In this document: positions 11,930-26,289 of the stretch, one piece after another
Layout: the number at the start of each line of letters is the position of its first letter
How positions within the stretch are numbered: position 1 is the stretch's first letter
Assembly (NCBI GenBank): GCA_964016885.1
Contig: OZ024741.1
Coordinates: forward strand, 117,862,001-117,926,000
Length of the DNA: 64,000 nt
Source of the DNA: Eledone cirrhosa
Taxonomy: Eukaryota
Direction of reading: 5' to 3'
Translations under genes and position numbers: made by a program
The notes under the pieces: generated by a model
The model's input: the letters and a program-made list of their open reading frames with translations, nothing else
Databases searched by the model: none
Told to the model about the DNA's origin: nothing

Positions 11930-14900
11930 AAGAATGAAAAATAAGATAGACTGAAGGGACGGGCGGGGTGGAATTGGAAATGATGTCATTAGATAAAATT
12001 AACAGGTCCATTCATGTTGACATCTCTTGGAAAACTGTTGGTGCTGGCGTTTTGTGTATGATATATTTTTTAAGAAAAGTGGATGATGGAGTGCATCTGC
12101 CTAAAATAGAAATAAAACCGTTTTGTATAAAGAGCCATACTTGTGCGCCTGTGTGTGTTATACGTCCGTACAAAGCTAAGAATATATGTGTGTATATGTA
12201 AGTAAAAGAGTGTGTGCTTGTAAGTATGAAGCTATGAACAAAAGTATGTTTATATAAGGGTGCGTGTGTTTGTATACAGAGCTGTGAAGGGAAAAGTGCA
12301 TATTTTGTTGGTCTGTATTAGTTATAAGAGTATATGTTTATGACCATAAGTGAGTCATAGAAATCTAGGGGTGACGGAGTATTAAATATGTGACGGGCCT
12401 CCACACAGTTTCTGTATATGAAATTTCACTTGCAAAGCATCGGTCAATGCAAAGATTATGATAAAAGACACTTGCACAATATATCATGTAGGAGGATCAA
12501 ACTCAGAACCATTTGCTGGTGAAGCAAACTTATCAACCACAACTAAGCTTGCATCCATTATGAATATATAAACATTCCCAAGGAAATATTTTGTTATTAA
12601 AGAATTTCTTCAACATCGCTTCTCTTGTTTTCGTTATTTTTCATTTAATCTCACTTAACAGATAAACACAGTTAACCACCATCTTTGGTTTCAGTGGTGA
12701 GTCTTCCAATTGTTCAATAAACCAAACAGCGTGCTCACGCATGGTAATTTATTTAACCCTTTAGCATTTAAACCAGCCGTATCTGGCCAGAATTCTCTCA
12801 CCTTTTTCTGTTCAAACTAGCCACAACAGGCTGCTCATACTTATGTTCAGGTATTGTTCTCAAAATAAATAATATCAAAATCTCATAGATTCAATGTTAT
12901 GTGAGATAATTATGTGAAATAAACCTTTACCATAAAAATACAATACTACATATAAAGTAATGCAAATGCTAAAGAGTTAAGACCTTAGACAAAATTATGA
13001 ATATAAGGTTAAGACATTCATTTTACAGTTTATGTGGGTTCAGGTTCAATTCCTTAGCTTGACACTTTCAACTAGTGTTTTCTGCCATAGTTTTAGGTTG
13101 AAAGTAGAAATGGTAATAGGTGCAAATAGAATGCTTTGTGTTCTTTCCTGCTTTCTGTACCCTGAGTTCAAAACTTGCTGAGATCCACTTTGCCTTTTAC
13201 CCCTTCAAAGTCTTTATAAAAGAATTACCAGTCCAATACTGGGGTCGATCCTTCTTCAATATTTCTTTCTTACTTCCTCTCTCTTTATCTCTCTTCTTTG
13301 GAAGAAATTGGCTATATTAAAATCTGGAGAAGGGATGGGTTCCACCAGTTTTTAAATGCCCAAGATATGCCATATTTCACCATGGCAGCACTAAGACCCC
13401 TATCATTAGTTATGGGTTCATACATACATAACTGATTCACATAAAAAATAGGGATTTCTAAAGATGGTAGTTCTAGGAGTGCTATGAGTTGCATTTATTG
13501 ATATGGTAGAGATAGATCTGGGAATAACAGCAGTAAACTATAAATAGTAGTTCAGGGATTAAACCAACGAGATTTGTAGTTTTATAGTTGTAGGTAAGAG
13601 GTTTTAAATGTGGTCATTCAGGGATTAGTTTTAATGGGTAAAAGAAACTACAGATATTGAGGATTATGATAAGCCTATTGTAGGTGAGGTTAATTTAAGA
13701 TATGTTTCATACAAGCACATACTCATATGTATTTCAAATACCATAGTATTTAAAACATGAACTGAATGACCAGTCAACACTAATAGGTAATTATTAGAAA
13801 AAGGATAGTGACTTCAGAGTTTCAGTTTGGTCACTATACACAGACATGCATATATATTTATATATACATACACGCACGTGTGTGTGTGTCTGTCTGTATA
13901 TCATGACTCATACACTGTTAACTTTCCTGACCTATGTACATTATTCTATGTACTATACATGCACTTTTAATGAGTTGTTGTACACCTAAGCACTACACAA
14001 CAAAAAAAATAAGTTTACTCTAACAATATTTTTTAGGAGGAAAAGCAAGGGAGATAATATAATCTAGAGTTATCTCCCTTACAATAGTTACTACATTTGC
14101 CATAAGGCTTGGTCTTATTACCAGATTTTGTGGCGTTGTTAGTGTTGATGGTGGTGGTAAGGCTACATTTCCCACCGGAATTGGGCCTATTCCCACCGGG
14201 TTATAGACACAGTAGATAGAAATAATTATTTCTAATTTAGGCCAGCGTTTTAGTTGTAAGATGATAAAATTGATTCCAATATTTTACTAGTACTTTATTT
14301 TATCTAGAATATGTGAAGGGGCAAAACAAAAATTGCTAACAATAGAATCCCATATGAGGTATCCATCTGCCTCTAGCCTATGGCAAAGGATATGTCTATC
14401 AGGACTTCTTCCCATCGACTCTGGACAATCTGACTGGCTCCAGAATTGAGGAAGTATAAAAATCTTTTAAAATATGAAAGTGATATTGTTATCTTTTGCT
14501 CTGACAGCGGTTCGTTTGCCCCCCTCCCCCTCACCTGCCTTTTGTTGCATGTTGTCCTAGTTGTGTGTATTACCTGCTCATGTGTTATTTTTGTTTTCTT
14601 TCTTTTTTCCTTTCCCTTTTCTTTCTTTTATCTCTTTTTATTTGTAATAAGTTGACGGTTATGCCTTAATAAAATTATTAGTATATATTTTTTTTTAAAG
14701 TGATATTACAAAGTCAAGGTAGAGGCGCTCATTTCGACTGAACGAAGCAACAGCACGATCAATTTTGAAAGAATGAAATGTTTATAAGAAGAAATGACAT
14801 ATGGATTCATCTTCAACTGTAAAATAATTTATTTGAAATCGAAATAAGAAAATTGTTGAAATTGAACATCTGTTAGTAATATGGATCGATGACTACAATT

Positions 14901-15896
14901 TAACTACACCGCGCTGAATACTTATACACAAGATCTACGCTACTATCAGGACAACCAGGCCGTTGTCAAGGAAGCACAACTCAAGGAGGCCACGTTATAC
15001 AACCTTAAAGGATCTTAGTTTTATACAAATATAAATAAATACGATAAAAATCTTTGCTTCATAGTAGCGTTGTGGAAATATCCAGAAGTAGTTGAGAAGA
15101 TTGCATAGTTTTATGACCTGTCATGTGATTTGGCATGGGTGAATGTGGATTGTGTAGTCGAAAATGCAAGGTTAATAATATTCTTAGTGTGGTCAGAGCA
15201 AGAAATATTGAAAACTAGGTTAATCAGCTTACTAAACTGTAAATTTAGATCGCTTATTTCAGCAATGGAATTTCGTAGGTAAGGGTGGGTTTGCATCACA
15301 TTAGGCCCAGGCTGCCCGACGGATTGAACAAGCTACCGGGAAGGTGTATACAAGACACCACAACTAGGATAGCAAAGCGAGTACATGAATAAATAAACAA
15401 ATAAATAAATAATCATAGTTTCAGATTTAGGCACAAGGCCATCAATTTTGGTGGGAGGAGAAAGTCAATTAAATTGCACCCATGTATTACTGGTACTTTA
15501 TTTTATCAACTCCGTAAGGATTAAAGGTACGTAATATTATGCTGGAAAGCAAGTCCGACGCCCTACCTATAATGCCAATCCACCGCCTTAAGCTTATGGC
15601 TGGAAACAGGACAAGATACGGTGCAGGCAAGTTGAACAAATAGTAACGTAGGAAAGGGGAAATGTACATATATAGAATTTGTCAAGAAAGTAAGTGTGGA
15701 AGAGCGAGTGGAGCAGACATTATATATATATATATTCTTAATATGGGTTCGGATTCATCCCTTCCATTTTGAAATCGAACCATTAAAATATTTGGCATTT
15801 GAAACAATTGTAAATGAATAACGAATAAACGTATTTATAATAAGTGTAACTTGATTCTCCTACTTGAAATTCTGATTATATATATATATATATATA

Positions 15897-16314
15897 AGGG
15901 TTAAAATACTGGAGCGTGTTGGAGTTAAACACCCTCTTCGTATTATAGAAATGACAGTAAAAGGTATAGCTCAATGTAGTTAAACAGAGCCGAAGAATTA
16001 AGAAAGTAAAACAAAGAAGCCTTCAATACATCAAAAGTCTTTATTAGCCGACAATGTTTCGTCCTATTAAGGACTCATCAGGGCAATTAAAACAACAAGA
16101 AGTATTATCGGCCAATACAAGCCGGAAACTCCGAAGAATATGGAGTGTACATACACTAAAGTATTGTACACTCCATATTCTTCGGAGTTTCCGACTTGTA
16201 TTGGCCGATAATACTTCTTGTTGTTTTAATTGCCCTGATGAGTCCTTAATAGGACGAAACATTGTCGGCTAATAAAGACTTTTGATGTATTGAAGGCTTC
16301 TTTGTTTTACTTTC

Positions 16315-16319
<5 letters not shown>
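15897..16319 (-). mobile_element. Fold-back palindrome (15997-16319) with tail (15897-15996), flanked by (TA)n
   Basis: Near-perfect ~155-bp arms centred at 16158; the ORF track shows mirror-image translations. Confidence 0.9.
16232..16269 (+). ncRNA. Canonical minimal hammerhead ribozyme (mirror copy 16047-16084, minus)
   Basis: GCC-CTGATGA-GTCC(TTAATA)GGAC-GAAAC-ATT-GTC-GGC; GUC cleavage triplet. Confidence 0.9.
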
Positions 16320-16392
<73 letters not shown>

Positions 16393-16452
16393 CAAATGAT
16401 TCTATGGACTTACTTTCTTATATATATGCACACGTATATGTATATATGTGCT

Positions 16453-16538
<86 letters not shown>

Positions 16539-17371
16539 AAGGTGAGTGAGGGATAACTTGAGATAAAGAGAAATATAGTGGCTCTTCCACCCCAAAAAAC
16601 AAAAAGAACAAAAACAAAAACAGATTTTGTTTCAGTGAAACAAGTGTAACATTTCACATTATTGTAATGATGTATATGTTAGGTATATTTTGATAAACGG
16701 TAACATGGCAGGAAACAGCAGATATCGCTTACAGAAATGACCTACGAACAAGACTGACGCTACTATCAAGCCAACTAGGGCGCAGACATCTTAGGAGTGA
16801 ATTACAGAACCTTAAAGCGTCACTTTTATAATTTCCTGCGATCAATATATAAATTACTAAACATCTTTTCTGCGTAGCAGCATTGTGGAAAATATCAAAA
16901 GTGGTGGACAAAGTTGTATGGTGTTATGACCAGTCACATGATTTGGCATGGATGAGTATGGACGGTGTAGTGGAAAATGCAGGCTTAAATTTTTTTTTTT
17001 TTTTCTTTGGTTGATGGTCAAAGCATGAAATGTCAAAAACTAGGTCCGTCTGCTTACTAAGCAGTAAAACAAAATTATTTTATTTTGGAGAACTAGGAAA
17101 AGTGGGTGCACGTTATAGAGCTAGCCTATGTGGGGGTGAATATCCAGGTGCCGGTTTTGATTACGTTGGGGAACGTTTTATGTATATTTTGATAAATAGA
17201 AGCGTGGCAGGAAACATCAGATATCGTTTACAGAAATGATTTGCAAGGAACTGTCAAATACACACATTGTAGCACCATTGAGAATCATATATGGCCGTGT
17301 GGATGATAATAATTATCTTCCCAGTCACCATAGTTTCTGGAGTGTGCGGAAGCGCATCAGATGGCTTAGAC

Positions 17372-17746
17372 CAGGGGGTGTGCAACATATTCCACTGGCA
17401 GGCCACTTTTGAACATTGGAACAACTATTAGGGCCATTAACATTTATTAAGCACTATTCCAAAGTTTCATCACAACCTCTTTCCATAACATGGGACTGGG
17501 AAATTATAATACACATAACCTTATCAGTGAAGCCCTTTAGTATAGGTCAACTGGGACATTATAACACACATAACCCTATCAGTGAAGCCCTTTAGTATAG
17601 GTCAACTAACAGAAAATTGTATTACGGTTACGAAAAAATTTCAAAATAAGTCTGCAAGGTAAAAATTAAAAACGGTCATCGCGGGTCACTCTGACTGGTC
17701 TGGCGAGCTGGATTGTGGACCGCGGGCCGCCCGTTGCACGCCCTAG
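17372..17746. mobile_element. hAT-type MITE
   Basis: TIRs CAGGGGGTGTGCAAC / GTTGCACGCCCTAG; 8-bp TSD GCTTAGAC / GCCTAGAC; internal ~50-bp duplication. Confidence 0.75.
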
Positions 17747-18440
17747 GCCTAGACCCAAAGAACGTGAACCTAATCCGACGTTTGATTTATCACCACCACC
17801 AGTACCACATAAAATCATTTTTTTTTAAATTAAAGCAAGTCAAGGATAAACTGTATTTCTGTCTTTGTATTCGCCCATAAAATATCCATGACAAACATTA
17901 ATAAAACAAACAAAAAAAAAAAAAAAAAAAAAAAAAAGATAACATTGATCGTCAAATTGGGCCAAGGAAACTAATGTTCTTTTTTATCCTTGGATCTTTC
18001 CATTGCTGATACTATCTACCTATCGCAACTCTTGGCAGAAAATATATAATGTTTGTCAAGAAAAAGACCTGGTGTCATTCGTAATATGATGGCGTGGTCC
18101 CGGGGGCTTTCCAGGGGGTCAATGACCACAACCATTTCTTACAAAGCTAGCAAATGACAAAAAAAAAAAAGAAAGAAAAGGAACTCTAATGCAAGTATTC
18201 GAACAGTTTTTCAGAATTAGGTTTCTTCTTACTTTCAACACACCTCCAACCGCTATCAACCGAGACGAATTGGCCTTATGAACAGTGTTGGACTTCCTAT
18301 AAGTTAAATAAACAATAGCTTAGTCAGGACTGGTTTTTTTACCTGCTGAGGCCCTAAGCTATATGAAATTTGAGGCCCTTCCCTAAAAAAAATCGGATAA
18401 AAATAAAATATTGTAAGTAATTATACATTATGATAAAGAT

Positions 18441-18501
<61 letters not shown>

Positions 18502-19053
18502 GCGATAATATTGCTTTTGCTGAATTCCTTATATTGTAGAGTTTTTTTCGGAATGTTTTTGACTGTTGTTTCATGTAAACAGACATTCGTCTCATTCTGA
18601 CGTCACCAGCCCTGTCTCTACATGTGCGTTTTTCTTCATAATTACGCATGATGTTGAACTAGCCTGCTTTTAAATTCCCTTTTTGGCATATTATAAAGAG
18701 TGGAAAAATTTGGTCATCGTGTCTTTGAGCTCTGCTGATGATCGACTCCAACCGTGACCATCCCCACTGAAAGTTTCGTGAAATAGTCTTTAAGACTATA
18801 CAGAGCATTTGTAGTTTTTCCAAATTGAAGGATGAGTATTTTAAACTTTATTTTATTCTGAGTTAAGGCTCTATTGATTTTTCCCTGGATTTCACCAAAT
18901 TCTGTGGATGAATCTATATCCTGATTCTTTTTGAATTGAGTTTGAATTATTTTCCCATATCTTACGTTAACTATTTTTCCATTTTGACGCTATAGTCACT
19001 TATATATTATGGAATACTGTTGGCTTCTTGCTACAATAATTTCTATACTTTTC

Positions 19054-19179
<126 letters not shown>

Positions 19180-19390
19180 GGTAAACAGAAATAACAACAC
19201 CATCGGTACAGTATATGGAAGGAATATATTAGGTTAATGCTTGAAATTGCAGGAAGAGGGTCTTAGCGTTTCGGACGCTACTCCTTCATCAAAAGAAAGA
19301 ATAAGAAATTAGACGATTAAAGAGACGGGCGGGGTGGAATTGGACAAAAAAATATATATATGTATATTATATATATATATTATATATATA

Positions 19391-19439
<49 letters not shown>

Positions 19440-19443
<4 letters not shown>

Positions 19444-19620
19444 GAATAAGTAAGACCCCGACGGCTGAGCTCAAGCCGTTTCGACAGAATTAGCCGTCGA
19501 AACGGCTTGAGCTCAGCCGTCGGGGTCTTACTTATTCCTATTACCCACTCTACTACCCTAAGTATTGAGTACTTTGGTGCGTTATGGTCCACCTGGTTCC
19601 TTACCACATTTCCTTCGTTA
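19440..19620 (+). mobile_element. Short palindrome (19440-19541) plus tail, GAGCTCAGCCGTC family
   Basis: ATAGGAATAAGTAAGACCCCGACGG...CCGTCGGGGTCTTACTTATTCCTAT, then 79-bp tail, flanked by (TA)n. Confidence 0.88.
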
Positions 19621-19943
19621 TATATATTATATATATATATATATATAACTTTTGTTGATAATAAACAATTTAAAGAATAAAATCTAATGAGAAAATAAAA
19701 ATATACTTTTAAATACCGAGCCTCCGAGAGTGTATGGTTCTAAGCTATAGTTATAGGTAAGTCCAGCACTGAGCTTAGGGTCATACACTCTAGGGAGTTT
19801 CATTTTTTAAAACATTCTTATTTTATCATTAATTTTTATTCTTTAACACTAAATCATAACATATATGAGTACTGAGTACTCTGATGCGTTGTGGTCCACC
19901 TGGAATCTTACCACACCCTCTTTGTTATATATATATATATATA

Positions 19944-20699
19944 CTACCAGAATGGCCCGGCGTTGCTCGGGCTTCTAAACCTAGATTGGCATGTTTATCC
20001 CTCCTTTCTGAAACAGTACAGAGAATTACGGAATACCTCGGCCTGGGGATGGTGTCTACATTTTGTGCTTATAAAAAAAATTCGTCGTAGATTACCAGGG
20101 GTTTAACTTAATTGGGTGCCTGAGAGTAAAATGTTCAACCCACGAAAGCCAAGACGATAGGGTTAAGTAAAAAGGCATTCGACAAACCGAACATGTATTT
20201 GTTGTGCTATGGTACAATGAAAGTTACAGAGCAGTAAGCATGTGGGACTGCAGTGGTGGAGAGCAGAAGGAATTTAGTTGGATACTTTTAAGGTTACAAA
20301 AATCTACACAATCTGATATAGACCGAACTGTTATATCGGATGCCGAAAGCTTCGGAATTACTATTGGGGTCACCATCAACAATTTCAAGGGATGTACGTT
20401 TAAGTAGGGATAGTGTAGTCTATAAAGAGGGGTAACTCTTTCAAAATACTAAAGAGTTGTCTCTCTTGAACATTGTAGACAAAATTTCCGAACTGACAAA
20501 AAGGGCTGAAAGTTTTAGTGAAAAACCGCATTTAACAACAGAAATTTGAAAAATAAAAGTAGCAGTTAATATCTTTAGACCGCAAGAAATATATAAATGC
20601 AAGTTGGAAGTCAATCGGAGTAGAAATCTGGATTTGTATAGACTTTGCCAAAATTAGGACACACACACACACACAGACAACTTCAGTTTTATATGTATG

Positions 20700-20700
<1 letters not shown>
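19944..20700 (-). mobile_element. Non-autonomous Helitron
   Basis: Minus 3' end CCCGAGCAACGCCGGG hairpin (same as at 25909) followed by GTAG; 5' end TATAAAACTGAAGTTGTCTGTGTG. Confidence 0.75.
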
Positions 20701-20775
<75 letters not shown>

Positions 20776-20912
20776 CATTGGTCACGCGCGTTTCGCTATT
20801 GATCAGCTCAAGGTTCGATCTGTATTATTTGATTATTATTATTAATAGTATGTAATTATTATTATATTATTTTATATTATATAATTATATATATTATATT
20901 ATATGATATTCT

Positions 20913-21031
20913 ATTCTGAGTTCAAATCCCGCCGAGGTTAACTTTGCCTTTCATCCTTACGGGGTCAATAAAATAAAGTACCAGTAATGCACTGGGTAAT
21001 TGCTGGCCTTGTGCCAAAAGTAGAAACAATT
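20913..21031 (+). mobile_element. SINE fragment; near-identical inverted copy at 22059-22170 inside the Helitron
   Basis: GAGTTCAAATCCCGCCGAGGTTAACTTTGCCTTTCATCC...AAAGTACCAGT...GGCCTTGTGCCAAAA; decayed relatives near 13160, 15420 and 54270. Confidence 0.8.
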
Positions 21032-21187
21032 ATATTATATTGTATTATATTATATAATTATTATTATTAATAATACAGATTTGTATTATTATTACACTCT
21101 GTCTAGCTCTACACCTCGCCAATGACGTAAACTTAAACATCGAGTGGTCACCTGGGTGAATCTACAATACCTTCACATTACACCCCT

Positions 21188-21231
<44 letters not shown>

Positions 21232-21244
21232 CACTAAATCATCA

Positions 21245-24200
21245 TCTATATATATATATATATATAAAACGGTAGATGTCTGTCTGTCTGTGTGTATGAT
21301 TTTTATGCATTTCCACATTTCTCTACCGATTTTGATGATTTTTTTTCCAATGTGCTCTAAATTTACCAGGGCAGGTCAAGGCGTAATTATTTTTGCCAAA
21401 AGTTTCCTGCTTCTATGAAAAGAAATCGATAAAACTAAATACATGCTGTAATCCTCTCTCTTACACGCTTCATTCCTCTAACTAATACCATCAAAAATAT
21501 ATGAAACTACATACATGTTGCAACTCTCTTTAAAAGGTTCACCACTCCCTCTACTCCCCCCTCAATCTCCTCTGCAACTCTCTTCAAAAGGTTACTGCCT
21601 CCGTCTACTACCCTATATCACCATTACAGTTTAGAACAACAACAAAACTTCTTTTTGAAGGAACGCGACACAAACTTTGAAACCTAGGCAACACATCGAT
21701 TTATACAACAACCATAGCTTTACTCTTTCCGTCGCTCTTCCCTCTCTCTACAATAGATTATTCCCCCTCTCTATAATTTAACTGCTTTACTCTCTTCATG
21801 CTTCGAGGTTTAACACTAACTTTACTCTCTCCGTCGCTCCTCTCTCTCTATAATAGATCATTCCCCCTCTTCGTTCGGGAACGCGAAAAAAACTTTGATA
21901 ACTAAACAACACTCATACATCAAATATCAAAATTTAAAAGCCGATAACACTAAATACATACTGCTCTCTCAACGTTACATTTTACACACTTACATTTTAC
22001 ATCAAATAACAAATATTCAAAAGCAAGAGATGAATTTATAAAACAACAAACGTAACAATAATTGTTTCTATTTTTGGCACAAGGCCAGCAATTACCCAGT
22101 ACATTACTGGTACTTTATTTTATCGACCCCGTAAGGATGAAAGGCAAAGTTAACCTCGGCGGGATTTGAACAAACGTAACAATAATGACGCTTAAGCATT
22201 TATTTACATGATTCTCAACAAAGACATTATATTTTATTGTTGTCCTTTTTATAATTTTCTTTCTTTGTTTTTCTCAATATGAGACAAAAAATTAATGAGA
22301 AAACTTTTTTCACGGGATTCTATTCAAAGTGGGACAATTATTGCTTTTGGTCAGGAGAAGGTCATGAAGCAAAAAAATTTCAAATCAATCAACAATAATG
22401 ACAAAAATCGATCATGATCATTCCCCTCTCTATAATTTAACTGCTTTACTCTCTCTGTCGCTCTTCACTCCCTATATGACAACACTGCAGAGAGAGAAAC
22501 AATGTATATGATCAAATGGAGCGTTCCGTATATTCCCCCTCTCTATAATTTAACTGCTTTACTCTCTCTGTCGCTCTTCACTCACTATATGACAACACTG
22601 CAGTGGAGCGTTCCGTATTGACATACTGCTTATCTGGAGCATTTTCAATCGGCTATTGCAAATAACAACCCTCAAAATAACACTTCATATAACAGATTAA
22701 TGCTATAGACATATGAATCGGAATGTAACCCGTGAACTTTTTCCTGGGCAAAATTATTCGAACAGACATGACCTCATTGCCAGAGTGTTCAGACTGAAAC
22801 TGGCTAAACTCATGGCTTTAATCCAAAAGGTCAGGTATTTGGGGCTGTAAAATGTGACATGTTCACCGTCGAATGGAAAAAACGAGGACTGCCACATGCT
22901 CACATTTTGATTTGGTTAGCTAATAAAATCAATTCAAATGCCATAGACAGCTTCATTTCGGCTGAAATCCCTAACCCAGCAACTGACTAGGAATTATATG
23001 ACATCGTCAAAGCTAACGTGATCCGTGTGCGTCGGGTCCTAATGAGCATCGCACGTGTCTGAAAGGGGGGTCGTGCAGTAAGGGATACCCCCAAAAATTT
23101 GTTGACCAGACTCAGACTGGTGGCGACGGGTACCCTCTGTACAGGCGGAGACGGCCCGAGAACGGTGGCTTCACCACAACAGTAAGGGGAGGTCAAGTCG
23201 ACAATAGATGGGTGGTCCCTTACTGCCCGCTTCTCTTGAAGATGTTCAACGCCCACATCAACGTTGAGTTTTGCATCTCCGTCAAGTCGATAAAATACAT
23301 ATGCAAACATATAAATAAGGGCTCTGATGCCGCAATGTTCGCATTTCAAGCTGAAAATAGCAGGGACGAGGTCACAGAATACCTGGCGGGGCGGTACATC
23401 AGTAGCAATGAAGCTTTTTGGCGCCTATTTGGTTTACCACTACACCAACGTCACCCCGCCATCGTACAGCTTGCGGTACATTTTGAAAATTGGCAAAGGG
23501 TTTACTTTACGGACCAAACCGCCGCCAAGTTGGACGTCGATCCGAAAGAGACCACTCTGACGGGTTTCTTCAAACTTTGCCAGTTCGATACATTTGTGTA
23601 CTCCCAGGTTCCATCCTACTTTATATGGTCGAAAAACACTTGGGTGCTAAGAAAGTCAGGTCAGGCTGCTGAAAGACATCCTGGTATAAAATTTGACAGC
23701 TGTCTTGGAAGGGTTTACACTGTGCCTCCAAGTCAGCATGAATGCTTTCATCTCCGCCTTCTTCTGCATGAAGTTGTAGGTCCCCAAAGTTTTCAGGACC
23801 TCAAAAGTGTTGATAGAGAAATATGTGATACATACCGGGAAGCCTGCTTTAAGCGTGGTCTTTTGGAAGATGATTCGCAATGGGATTCCACTTTAGCAGA
23901 GGGTGCTTTGTTGAAATCACCTAAAGGTCTACGGGAAATCTTTGCCATTTTGCTTCAAAAGTGTGAATTGGGTGATCCCAAATCTTTATGGGTCAAGTAC
24001 AGAGACTTCATGTCTGAGGACTTCCTGCGCCTGGCTCATCTGCAGTATACTTCAGTGGAAGTTGGTTACAGCGACATTATCTACAACAGGGCACTCATTG
24101 ATATCGAGGACGCCCTCCTCGACATGGGTGGGAGTGAGTTGGCGACGTATGGCTTGCCGTCAACCGTGAGAGAGGAAGCTAACACGTTGGCCCCGGATTT

Positions 24201-25936
24201 GTTGCGGGAAACAGCATATGTCATCGAATCTCTTTCCCAATACTTAGAGGAAAATGAGCCCAAACTTCTGTCGGACCAAAGGTTGGCCTATTTAACTATC
24301 ATTGACGCGGTTCAAAATCAGACTGAGGGTATTTACTTTCTCGATGCTCCTGGGGGTACCGGAAAAACTTATGTAACGAAATTGATTCTCGCTAAGATTC
24401 GTCAGGAGAAAAAAATTGCGTTGTCCGTTGCATCGTCCGGGATCGCTGCTACTTTGCTGCCGGGAGGCAGGACAGCACATTCAACCTTTAAACACCCTTT
24501 GGATTTAGTAAACACTGAGACACCAAGATGCAATATCAGCAAGAGTTCACACGAAGCTCTGGTTCTCAAAAAAAATGTTGCCTCATTGTTTGGGATGAGG
24601 GCACAATGGCACACAAGGGTGCCCTTGAGGCATTAGACAGGACCCTGAAAGACATTAGGGATTCTACGGCTCCTATGGGTGGCGTAACCCTTCTTCTATC
24701 TGGGGATTTTCGGCAAACGCTTCCTGTCATACCCAAAGGGACAAGAGCTGATGAAGTGCGTGCCTGCCTTAAGTCGTCCATGTTGTGGCTCTAGGTGAAG
24801 AGTTTGTACCTGAGCACAAATATGCGTGCTCATTTGCATGGTGACACCATGTCTGCAGCATTTGCTCAGAATATCTTAGCACTTGGTGAGGGCAAGGTCC
24901 CTGCGGGTGACAAGGGTGGCATAGCAATCGACTACCTGTGCAACATTGTGAGCAGCCCTTCTGGCCTTTGGGAAGCAGTTTTTCCTAATGTCTCATCTAA
25001 CTTTAAAAACCTCGATTGGCTCAGCGAAAGAGCCATCCTTGCTCCGAAAAATACCATGGTTTATTTTATTAACGAGCAGCTGATTGGGAAGTTTCTCGGT
25101 AAAGAGCCATCTTCAAATCTATCGACCGGACGTCAGACCCCGACGATATCGTTAATTATCCGGTTGAGTTATTAAATTCCCTTGAGCCCCCAGGGCTCCC
25201 ACCTCACATTCTTAAGCTTAGGGTTGGCTGTCCCATTATGCTAATAAGAAACTTGCGTCCACCAAAGCAGTGCAACGGTACTCGCATGGTCGTCAAGTCA
25301 CTGACGCTCCACTTGATTTAGGCCACCATTGTAATGGGGTGCGGGAGAGGGGAGAATGTTTTCATTCCAAGGATGAACCTTTTCCCCTCGGCGTCAGATA
25401 TCCCGTTCGATTTCCGGCGATCCCAATTCCCGGTGAGACCATGTTTTGCCATGTCCATTAACAAGTCACAAGGGCAAACATTGTCGGTGGCGGGCATCCA
25501 TTTGGGGGAGCCATGCTTCTCCCATGGCCAACTTTATGTTGCCTGTTCCCGCGTAGGGAGCAGGAATGGACTTTTTGCTTACACTCCTCAAGGGATGACA
25601 CGCAATATCGTCTACAAAGAGGTGCTATAGATGTTGGTGCAGGTGTTGGAGCTATGCCGTCTAGAAAACTGGTAGGGTCACCCATAGCGGACAGATCTGA
25701 CACCCAGCGGCATCAGGGCCACCATCTTGCAACATTGGTCTACTAAATTCACTATTGGAAGATTATTAACCCATCATTGATTGTCCAAAATGCTAATTGG
25801 TTCGTAACTTTTAATAACCGGTTCAACTGCTTTATGCACTTAATTGATAAGTTTATGCACTTTCAAGCTACTTTACCTGTATGTAACTTTTCATAGCAAA
25901 TGAACAAACCCGAGCAACGCCGGGCTAAACTGCTAG
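21245..25936 (+). mobile_element. Helitron, internally deleted, with disrupted Rep-helicase
   Basis: 5' TC(TA)nAAAA; 3' hairpin CCCGAGCAACGCCGGG plus CTAG; inserted between A and T. Confidence 0.9.
22740..25630 (+). pseudogene. Helitron Rep (HUH)-PIF1 helicase pseudogene
   Basis: VEWKKRGLPHAHIL (HUH), FLDAPGGTGKT (Walker A), SSGIAATLLPGGRTAHS, GDFRQTLPV, FAMSINKSQGQT, HGQLYVACSR; several frameshifts and stops. Confidence 0.93.
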
Positions 25937-26289
25937 TATATATATATATATATAATTCATTTTTTATCAATACATTAAAAAACAATAATTATATATTTTT
26001 AGAGAAGGGCCTCAAATTTCATGTAGTTAAGGGCCACGGCAGGTGAAAGTCCGGCCCTGTTTGTAGACGATAGGACGTAGAACGGGTTAAATAAAATTCA
26101 GAAAAATAGCCGGAAAATAAAATGTCGCAAAAAGCTGAAGTTATAACCGCTGCATAAAGATTGAAACGAAAATGTAACAACCTTTACCTGACCCTCAATT
26201 TGTTAGTCAGTATCGTTCGAATCGGTTTTAAGACCCAGTCTGCTTCTGTCAAAAAGTTTAAAGTCTGTCTGAAGCCCGGAGATTCATCA

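Noticed and set aside
16044-16272. Two near-identical 72-aa ORFs on opposite strands
   Set aside because: Consequence of the DNA palindrome; no protein motif.
20780-20815. Minus-strand GAAA-CGCGCG-TG with a short hairpin
   Set aside because: Only a possible 3' half of an HHR; no 5' core or stem I.
26184-26275. Possible minus-strand host exon (AG...GTAAAG)
   Set aside because: No recognisable peptide and no partner exons; unsupported without RNA data.
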